Shown piece by piece: positions 57,753 to 64,000 of a stretch of 64,000 bases of DNA. A program made the translations under genes and the position numbers. Source of the stretch: a virus (lineage: Duplodnaviria; Heunggongvirae; Uroviricota; Caudoviricetes); the IMG/VR virus record IMGVR_UViG_3300024272_000027; one strand, given 5' to 3'. How positions within the stretch are numbered: position 1 is the stretch's first letter; the number at the start of each line of letters is the position of its first letter. A model generated the notes under the pieces. The model was not told the DNA's origin and did no database searches. It was given only the letters and a program-made list of their open reading frames with translations.

Positions 57753-58190
57753 TTAATCATCGCTTTCTATAGTTTCAGTAATCGGTACAATCTCACAACC
57801 TGCCACCCAAGATGAGCTCCAGCACTCCATTGCAGCTTCTGCTTTCTTATAACTGTTATATGTTTTGATTGCAGCATTTCCGATATCATTTATTTTCTTA
57901 AAATGGAATTGTCGTGAAAGACCACATAATATTTCAGTGCGATTATGTTTTAATATCACGTATCGTGTACGTTGAATCTTCAACTTAGTTGTGTCATTAT
58001 TCTTAACTCTTTCCAACTCTTGCTCAAGTACACGGATGTCTTCGTCATATTGATTAAGTTTGCTATTCAGCTCATCAGTGGAATAAATTGAAGGAAACGC
58101 TTTTATCAGCAGTTTGCCCGCACGCAGCTGATTTACTGTACTTTGAAGTTCTTCAGCACTCATCATAACTTTAGCTAACACACTAATCAC
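57753..58190 (-). CDS. hypothetical protein
   Basis: 145-aa ORF. Confidence 0.7.
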   Translation of the reverse strand: MISVLAKVMMSAEELQSTVNQLRAGKLLIKAFPSIYSTDELNSKLNQYDEDIRVLEQELERVKNNDTTKLKIQRTRYVILKHNRTEILCGLSRQFHFKKINDIGNAAIKTYNSYKKAEAAMECWSSSWVAGCEIVPITETIESDD

Positions 58191-58329
58191 TTCCTAATTT
58201 CTGTTTATGCTTTTCTTTTCTATTGTAAGAACCTTTACCCTTCTTGTTTTCAATCTTAAAACCGCGTTTCTTAAAGTGCAAAAACAATTGGAGTTCTTCA
58301 GGCTTCATCTTAAACGCTCTTTTATCCAT
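58183..58329 (-). CDS. 48-aa ArfA-like alternative ribosome-rescue peptide, missing from track
   Basis: MDKRAFKMKPEELQLFLHFKKRGFKIENKKGKGSYNRKEKHKQKLGSD; NKKGKGSYxRKxKH matches E. coli ArfA (NKKGKGSYMRKGKH). Confidence 0.7.
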   Translation of the reverse strand: MDKRAFKMKPEELQLFLHFKKRGFKIENKKGKGSYNRKEKHKQKLGSD

Positions 58330-58330
58330 A

Positions 58331-58678
58331 TCATTTACCCTTTGTATCAACAGGTGTTACTATTGGAATACCTTTATAGTCGTAGTAATTACCGTAGCTG
58401 TCTCTGTACCCTGCTCCAGGCGTCCAAACCTTATCCACTTGCCAACTTATAGGATGAGCACCGCCTGTTTTCGGTGTGGTGGATTCATAATCTGATGTTC
58501 TTGGTGTTAAGTGATTTCCAGCCCCTGTAGTAATCTTAAACTTACCGCATAAGATACATACTGCTATCCATATCAATATCGGACCACAAATTATTCCAAC
58601 CCAGATATCAAAATCAATATTAGCAACAAGCCATATTAAAAATAGTACTGTAATTACTTGTATAATCCGTTTTTTCAT
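58331..58678 (-). CDS. two-TM membrane protein
   Basis: 115 aa; first after promoter. Confidence 0.7.
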   Translation of the reverse strand: MKKRIIQVITVLFLIWLVANIDFDIWVGIICGPILIWIAVCILCGKFKITTGAGNHLTPRTSDYESTTPKTGGAHPISWQVDKVWTPGAGYRDSYGNYYDYKGIPIVTPVDTKGK

Positions 58679-58703
58679 AATATCAACCTTCCTTTATACT
58701 TAC

Positions 58704-58735
58704 ATTATATATTATAAATAGAAAGGACTCAACTA
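58704..58735 (-). promoter_or_regulatory. sigmaA-type promoter TAG-TTGAGT-17-TATAAT overlapping terminator
   Basis: Member of YAGTTG-N20-TATAAT family. Confidence 0.8.
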
Positions 58736-58757
58736 TTTATTTGACAGTTGAGTTCTT
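58723..58757 (-). terminator. intrinsic terminator whose 3' arm is the -35 region
   Basis: AAGAACTCAACTG...TAGTTGAGTCCTT then TCTATTT on minus strand. Confidence 0.7.
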
Positions 58758-58761
58758 GTTG

Positions 58762-59142
58762 TTATCTGTATTTTACAAAAAAGTCATATAACTCTTCAGC
58801 GGTTTCAATGCTTATCTCAAGTTCTTCATCAGTGTCGTTAAACTCAGAATGTGGTTTTATGTAAACCACTTTAGCATTTTCGTACAACCACCAACTTATC
58901 GTTGACCCGTACTTAGGGTTAGCGACATCGCCTACGGCTATTTCAAGTAATCTAATAGATGTATCTAGCCACTTTGTGCCCACAGTTGATATGAACCAGC
59001 TACTTGAAAATTCGCTTAATGCTTTGTCAAACTTTGCCCTGTCATCTAGACCATCTTTTATAGCAGTCAACGCTTCAACAAACTGCTCTTTACTTATATG
59101 TATATTGTTATTCAAGGAAATCATCCTCCAACACAAGCACAT
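58762..59142 (-). CDS. hypothetical protein
   Basis: ORF; true start probably ~20 nt downstream of track start. Confidence 0.65.
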   Translation of the reverse strand: MCLCWRMISLNNNIHISKEQFVEALTAIKDGLDDRAKFDKALSEFSSSWFISTVGTKWLDTSIRLLEIAVGDVANPKYGSTISWWLYENAKVVYIKPHSEFNDTDEELEISIETAEELYDFFVKYR

Positions 59143-59890
59143 TCAGCTTACCTGTATGAGCTACACAACGGTCAATACCAATAATGTTATACTTATCACT
59201 CTTGTATGGCTCCCAGATGGCATCGTCACCAAATTCTGATATGTCTTTGTCACCACTAAATAATGAATGACCTGTTGAACAATGCCAATGTCCGAATACG
59301 AGTGTCTTCCCAGTTTCATTCAGTTCGTCCTGAGCATTCCAGAAAGGGTTGCCCCACATTGCCTCTTCCCACTCTTTATCTGTAGCGTTACGCCAATCCG
59401 CTTTATATGAGTGATTCTTGCCCAGCTGATGCCACGGCTTACTTGCATAAGTATATTCAACCTCTGTAGGTACCCAACTGTGAACAAATACATAATTCTG
59501 AGTCTCAAAGTAATTCACTAGTAACTCTCTATATCGTGCTAACTTGTTATAAGTTGTATTACAGCAAGTTTCAAAATCATATCCAGCACCCATATCACCT
59601 AAATCTTGAATAGTTGTTATTGTTCCGTTATGTCTGTCGTGAGTATAAGGGAACCCTCTCTTACAACATTCATCAAGCAACAAATCGTGATTACCTTTTA
59701 CGATAATCTTACGTTCAAGTTCCATTAAGAATTTAAGAACTAATCCGCTGTCAGGACCTCTATCAAAACAATCACCACAAACAATAAGCCAGTGGTCTTC
59801 ATTATCTTTATCAAATCCTGCATCGTTTAATGCTTCCATAAGTGGTTCGTAATATGAATGTATATCAGATGTTACAAATAGTTTAGGCAT
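59108..59890 (-). CDS. calcineurin-like metallophosphoesterase
   Basis: TSDIH, CGDCFDRG, KGNHD, FVHS, FGHWH motifs; start moved to MPKLF. Confidence 0.88.
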   Translation of the reverse strand: MPKLFVTSDIHSYYEPLMEALNDAGFDKDNEDHWLIVCGDCFDRGPDSGLVLKFLMELERKIIVKGNHDLLLDECCKRGFPYTHDRHNGTITTIQDLGDMGAGYDFETCCNTTYNKLARYRELLVNYFETQNYVFVHSWVPTEVEYTYASKPWHQLGKNHSYKADWRNATDKEWEEAMWGNPFWNAQDELNETGKTLVFGHWHCSTGHSLFSGDKDISEFGDDAIWEPYKSDKYNIIGIDRCVAHTGKLNVLVLEDDFLE

Positions 59891-60464
59891 AACCACATCG
59901 CTCCTTTGACTCTCTATATTTAAACTTAGCATATTCATACCAAGTAGCTTTATTTCGTTTTAATGTATGTAAAAAATTTGGCATCGCAAATGAATGCAGC
60001 ATACCTTCAATAAACATCTTATTAACTGGATGCATTGCTAAGGGTTTCTGCTGTTTCATCAGCCACCAGTTGTATTCACCTGTGTAAGTAAATTTCTTGC
60101 CATTGTAAGCCCTGCCAGCGCCTAGATAGTCACACAGCATCTCAAGATTATACTTAAACGGCATTAACAAAGGCTGACCACCATTATCAAAATTATCTTG
60201 CCAATATTCATAATGATGTTTGTTGCGTCCTTTATGGTGCATCCAAGCTCTTGACCAACCGATATCTTCTTTACAAGTATCAATCGGTGAACGAGTTCCT
60301 GAATAATACTTAACGGATTCAAAGAATTCAGTGGGACTAAATTTTGATAAATCGTGTAGTAATCCTGTGATAGGCATTCCAAACCTACAACAGTAATAGA
60401 ATACCCACCACTTATGTATACAAACAGTTTTCAAATGTCCGAAAAATTTTTGTGTGTAATTCAT
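59883..60464 (-). CDS. DUF5662-like (HD-related) protein
   Basis: HLKTV..HKWWV, GLLHDLSKFSP.EF, AWMHHKGRNKHHYEYW, EMLCD. Confidence 0.8.
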   Translation of the reverse strand: MNYTQKFFGHLKTVCIHKWWVFYYCCRFGMPITGLLHDLSKFSPTEFFESVKYYSGTRSPIDTCKEDIGWSRAWMHHKGRNKHHYEYWQDNFDNGGQPLLMPFKYNLEMLCDYLGAGRAYNGKKFTYTGEYNWWLMKQQKPLAMHPVNKMFIEGMLHSFAMPNFLHTLKRNKATWYEYAKFKYRESKERCGYA

Positions 60465-60467
60465 TTG

Positions 60468-60629
60468 TTACCTCAATAACATAAACTTCAACCAATCGGG
60501 CATATCACTTGTTGCAATAAAGTATGTAACAGCTATTCCGATAATAATAACTAGGATAGGTACAGCTATAAACATCGCTGTGTTTAGTTTGAATATCAAA
60601 TCTTTATTCTTCTTTATTTTCCTTTTCAT
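60468..60629 (-). CDS. 53-aa membrane ORF missing from track
   Basis: MKRKIKKNKDLIFKLNTAMFIAVPILVIIIGIAVTYFIATSDMPDWLKFMLLR; ATGA overlap. Confidence 0.65.
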   Translation of the reverse strand: MKRKIKKNKDLIFKLNTAMFIAVPILVIIIGIAVTYFIATSDMPDWLKFMLLR

Positions 60630-61420
60630 AGCCATCTTTCAATAAACTCCCTGTCTTGTGTAAATATCGGAATGTTTAAATCTATAACCCATTGCTTTCG
60701 GTTAGGCCCTTCAACAATAACATCTGAACAATCCTTTCTATAACAGCATACACCACGTTTAAAAGGGGCAGGCATATCATTAAAGTTAATCCCTAGTTCT
60801 AACATAAGCATATCCTGTATGTCATTCTGGTCTTTACAATCAAGTTCTTTATGACTGAAGTGTGTTTGTCCTAACATTTGAATTGCATTACGTGTAGCGT
60901 CTTGCTGCCTCCAGATGAAACAATTAGCAACTTCCTCTTTAGGAATATTAAACACTCTAGCATCAAACATTGCACCTTTATCAACCGCTCTAACCATAGT
61001 TAGATAGTATTCTTCACTAGTTGTATTTTCGTTGAAATAACTTTCAAATGCTTTTCTGAACTCTTGATTAAATGCAAGTGTTGCCATACTGGCTGCAACA
61101 GAACACATCTTCTGAACGGAATAACCAAACCAAGCGTCTGTCGTTAGTTTTTCATAATCAGTCAATAGTAATGTAATTTCATCAGATTGTGTATAGCCAA
61201 TCTTACAGCCTTGGATATTCTTACATAAGTAACGAAGAGTTTCGTTCATTGCTTCGTGAAATATTTCATCATAAGGTCTGTTAAAGCCTTTTGTAAAGCT
61301 ATGGAATGCTTTACCATCCAATCTTATAATAACAGGAGTTCTTCTTGTTAGATATGTTTTACTTCTATTTTCATAGAACTCTTTCATTCTATCGCCTAGT
61401 GCGTCTTTTACCATAATCAC
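60626..61420 (-). CDS. tRNA(His) guanylyltransferase Thg1-like
   Basis: IIRLDGKAFHSFT, YTQSDEITL, FDAR, WRQQDATRN motifs. Confidence 0.9.
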   Translation of the reverse strand: MIMVKDALGDRMKEFYENRSKTYLTRRTPVIIRLDGKAFHSFTKGFNRPYDEIFHEAMNETLRYLCKNIQGCKIGYTQSDEITLLLTDYEKLTTDAWFGYSVQKMCSVAASMATLAFNQEFRKAFESYFNENTTSEEYYLTMVRAVDKGAMFDARVFNIPKEEVANCFIWRQQDATRNAIQMLGQTHFSHKELDCKDQNDIQDMLMLELGINFNDMPAPFKRGVCCYRKDCSDVIVEGPNRKQWVIDLNIPIFTQDREFIERWL

Positions 61421-61839
61421 AACTCCATTTCCATCTGCATATCCGCAGGTTTTATAATAGGTTTTCTAACAATCATATCAATCATTGTAAGTGTTTCCTC
61501 TGAATTGATAAGTCTATTTTCAACAATACGATTAACAGTGTATGAACGATTAACAGCATTGTAACTAACTACTTTGTACACTATATCGTGTCCGTGCACA
61601 TATAAACTAGGAAAAACAATGAATGTGCCTTCAGGTAAGTACAGATAATCTTGATACTTGATGTCATCTTTCCAATCAAACATCGGACATCTTTCCCAGT
61701 ATCTTGTAGTTCTATGAAATTTCAAACTATCTCTACAATAACATAGTTTATTGGATGAAATTTCGTCTTTATGCCAAAAACAACAATGAGCACAATATAT
61801 ATTTTTAGGGTTTGAAATATTAACTTTACGATGTTTCAT
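61417..61839 (-). CDS. hypothetical protein with N-terminal Cys cluster
   Basis: CAHCCFW...C..CP. Confidence 0.65.
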   Translation of the reverse strand: MKHRKVNISNPKNIYCAHCCFWHKDEISSNKLCYCRDSLKFHRTTRYWERCPMFDWKDDIKYQDYLYLPEGTFIVFPSLYVHGHDIVYKVVSYNAVNRSYTVNRIVENRLINSEETLTMIDMIVRKPIIKPADMQMEMEL

Positions 61840-61842
61840 ATA

Positions 61843-62382
61843 TCATTCTCCTATTACTTCTATTTGACAAGACTTCATAACCTCTAAAGCTGCCTTATGT
61901 TTTTCGACTGTGGTTCCCGCACAACAAGAGGCGTCAACTGTTATCAAAGCATCAGGATAGAACATACGTAATGCTACTGCATTTGACACTACACAAATAT
62001 CAGTGCAAACACCGCAAAGTTCAAACTCAAGTCCTAATCCAAAATCATACTCATCCTCATCAAAATGAAAATATGTCTTCCAGTTATCATAGCCAAAAGT
62101 AGGTTTATCCACAACACTATTACTATGCTTTATATAAGGTAGCAATTCATCAATAACTTGCCATCCGTCGGAACCTGCAGTACAATGCAACACAGGAAGC
62201 ATTGTACCTTCAAGAGTATCAAAATAATCACTGTGGTGAGTATCACGAGTAAAGAGCACATCACCATCAAAGTTTTTTACCTTTTCAACAACATTAGGCA
62301 CAATAGCTCGAGCTTCTTCTGTTCCAAGAGGTCCTGTTATGAAGTCATTCTGCATATCAACAACGATTAAAATCTTTTTCAT
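61843..62382 (-). CDS. pncA: isochorismatase-family cysteine hydrolase (nicotinamidase PncA-like)
   Basis: VVDMQNDF, FTRDTH, HC, DKPTFG, GVCTDICV motifs. Confidence 0.8.
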   Translation of the reverse strand: MKKILIVVDMQNDFITGPLGTEEARAIVPNVVEKVKNFDGDVLFTRDTHHSDYFDTLEGTMLPVLHCTAGSDGWQVIDELLPYIKHSNSVVDKPTFGYDNWKTYFHFDEDEYDFGLGLEFELCGVCTDICVVSNAVALRMFYPDALITVDASCCAGTTVEKHKAALEVMKSCQIEVIGE

Positions 62383-62825
62383 ATGCTCATATCCTTTATA
62401 ACTTTGTTTGCTACCTTCATATCAACTTTACCTTTAAGTTGAGGCATAACAAATTTCATAACAGCTCCAACATTCGGAAAATCTCTACCCTTACATAATT
62501 CATATATCAAATGATTGATTTCTCGTTCGTCAGTTATAAGAGTAGGAACATAATGTTTGAGTACTTGCATCTTTGATTGATACAGTTTTAAAACATCGGA
62601 CCTGTCAGCAGGACAAGTATCAATCATTTCTTGTAATGTTTTCTGTTCTTTAAGTAGAACTTCGTCCACAACAGCTTCTGTAATATTGTCACCAAGTCGC
62701 TTATCAATAGCAACTTTCTTGATGTTGCCAACAGCACTGCGGAGCACATCACGAGTCAGTGTGTCACCGCATTTCATTGCTTCAATTATGTCTTTGTTTA
62801 ATAATTCAAGTGTCATACTTATCAC
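62379..62825 (-). CDS. GatB/YqeY domain protein
   Basis: EAMK.GD..RDVLR, GAVMKFVMPQLKGKVD motifs. Confidence 0.85.
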   Translation of the reverse strand: MISMTLELLNKDIIEAMKCGDTLTRDVLRSAVGNIKKVAIDKRLGDNITEAVVDEVLLKEQKTLQEMIDTCPADRSDVLKLYQSKMQVLKHYVPTLITDEREINHLIYELCKGRDFPNVGAVMKFVMPQLKGKVDMKVANKVIKDMSI

Positions 62826-63253
62826 CTACTATTTAAACTTTGTAGTTTAGAACTTACGAATTCATATATAGTCTTTTCTGGGAATACTTTTGCTTCCACA
62901 ATATCAAATATTTGAGTACCTACTACACAGACAGTTATGAAAGATGCAAGTGCTGCTACAACTATCATAGCAACAGTCACAAAAGGCATAGCTCTACTGT
63001 CAAAATCCCATCTGTCTTCCTCATCTTGCTTACGTTCTTTGTGAAGTAGCGTACCTGCTATAATCCACATCAGTATTGTGATACCACACCATAATGCAAT
63101 CCAAGCAACTGAGGTCCATATCTCATAACTAATATACTTTGCACATAGTTCTTCAACTTTAGGAAGTATATTTTCGGCACTCCAATCAATAGCTATACCT
63201 AACTTCTCACATAAATCATTTATTACTGCAATAATCTGGTCACTTACATTCAT
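62822..63253 (-). CDS. two-TM membrane protein
   Basis: 143 aa with two hydrophobic helices. Confidence 0.7.
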   Translation of the reverse strand: MNVSDQIIAVINDLCEKLGIAIDWSAENILPKVEELCAKYISYEIWTSVAWIALWCGITILMWIIAGTLLHKERKQDEEDRWDFDSRAMPFVTVAMIVVAALASFITVCVVGTQIFDIVEAKVFPEKTIYEFVSSKLQSLNSR

Positions 63254-63686
63254 TTTTTAGTTCCTCTCTTATTTCCATTAAAAGAAATCCTAACATATTT
63301 CTGCCCTTACCATTGCATACTCCCCAGAAAGTATCGTTCCAGTGGTTACCTTCTACTAAGAAGTGGTCACCTGTGGACAGTAGTTTGGATTTCATTTGAG
63401 GTGTGTTGAATTTTAATCGTAATGCATCACGCATTACTTGTACTTTAACCTCTTCCCAATCAGGTCTTAATTGTGCCTTACGTCCTAAGCGTTTAGCTTC
63501 ACCAGGTGTACTAGCTGCAAGAATTTCGTGCCCTTCTTCATCAGATAATGTTTTCATATACTGAAAATAATGTTCAATTGTCGGTGCGTTATAGAAAGTA
63601 AGCTCTGTTTCATCTATAGGTACTGGTATAGGGCTTGGATAGAAGTTACTTAGAAAAGCATAATCGCCGCTAAATGAGTCAATCAT
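63240..63686 (-). CDS. NADAR (YbiA-like) family hydrolase
   Basis: FLSNFY, EHYFQ..K, PGEAKRLGR, DWEEVK, LVEGN.WNDTFWG, GRNMLG.LLMEIR. Confidence 0.9.
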   Translation of the reverse strand: MIDSFSGDYAFLSNFYPSPIPVPIDETELTFYNAPTIEHYFQYMKTLSDEEGHEILAASTPGEAKRLGRKAQLRPDWEEVKVQVMRDALRLKFNTPQMKSKLLSTGDHFLVEGNHWNDTFWGVCNGKGRNMLGFLLMEIREELKNECK

Positions 63687-64000
63687 ATCTCATAATCCTC
63701 CTCAATAGCTTTGATAACATCAGACACGATACTCTTATAACCACCATCGTCACCATCAACTGTTTTATAGGGAATACAACAATCTGATAACAACGCTTTT
63801 ATAGGCTCATTGAGAGCATCACTTTCAGCTTCTGTTTGATTACGACCTTTCGGATTATAAGGTTTAACTCTCTTTATATAGTAATTCATATTTGCATATG
63901 TATTAAAAATGTTCAGTACTACATTTTGAAAACTATAATCTAATGCAGGATTCTTATTATAGATTAAACTTAGAGGTAAAGGGCTATCAGTAACAAGTAC
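63683..64000 (-). CDS. partial CDS (start beyond window), C-terminus of NadR/AAA_28-like P-loop protein
   Basis: Frame open to window edge: VLVTDSPLPLSLIY...NYYIKRVKPYNPKGRNQTEAES. Confidence 0.65.
   Translation of the reverse strand, partial: VLVTDSPLPLSLIYNKNPALDYSFQNVVLNIFNTYANMNYYIKRVKPYNPKGRNQTEAESDALNEPIKALLSDCCIPYKTVDGDDGGYKSIVSDVIKAIEEDYEI

Noticed and set aside
59883-59938. Long gene overlaps implied by track start sites (also 5411, 14338, 26154, 51703, 52852)
   Set aside because: Downstream starts with clear RBSs remove the overlaps; these are longest-ORF artefacts, not dual coding.
870-62370. All plus-strand ORFs in the track (e.g. 870-1091, 4746-5069, 47690-48043, 48077-48421)
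   Set aside because: They are antisense shadows of longer minus-strand genes, lack RBSs and recognisable motifs; all promoters and terminators found point in the minus direction.
1-64000. Stop-codon reassignment as in some gut phages
   Set aside because: Long genes are intact under code 11; TAG ends the capsid gene just before a terminator and TGA appears in ATGA overlaps.
1-64000. tRNA genes, CRISPR arrays, introns or inteins
   Set aside because: No cloverleaf/T-loop signature or regularly spaced repeat-spacer array noticed; terminase, portal and capsid are uninterrupted. The ESKSIKE repeats are coding and irregularly spaced. A tRNAscan/Infernal run would be needed to be certain.

Overview
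A 64 kb segment of a large, AT-rich, T4-like (gp17/20/21/23-type) tailed phage genome. Every credible gene is on the minus strand and reads under the standard genetic code. The host is probably a Firmicute (Clostridia-like), inferred from sigmaA-type promoters, GGAGG RBSs, a clostridial-type amidase and a Cse60-like gene. About 1-39.6 kb is late/structural: neck and head-completion genes, major capsid, prohead protease-scaffold fusion, portal, terminase, holins, a two-domain endolysin, and a tail-fibre cluster with BspA-type LRRs and a 1641-aa protein carrying apparent C39-like and S8 protease domains. This half also encodes large acidic proteins that look like protease-segmented internal head cargo. 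About 39.7-64 kb is an early/accessory region of short genes in terminator-promoter cassettes: PnuC+NadR, CoaD, PncA-like, NADAR, Thg1, YqeY, RNA-repair-type enzymes and an unannotated ArfA-like peptide. The strongest candidate for a new system is a head-cargo polyprotein set: the proteins share an N-terminal M-K/R-x-x-L-x-E leader, are punctuated by L/I-x-E prohead-protease-type sites, and share a near-identical 22-25 bp DNA linker (encoding ESKSIKE) across three genes up to 32 kb apart, suggesting recombinational shuffling of cargo domains. A nucleotidyltransferase with the same leader sits inside this operon. All family assignments are from motif recognition by eye; no database search was run.
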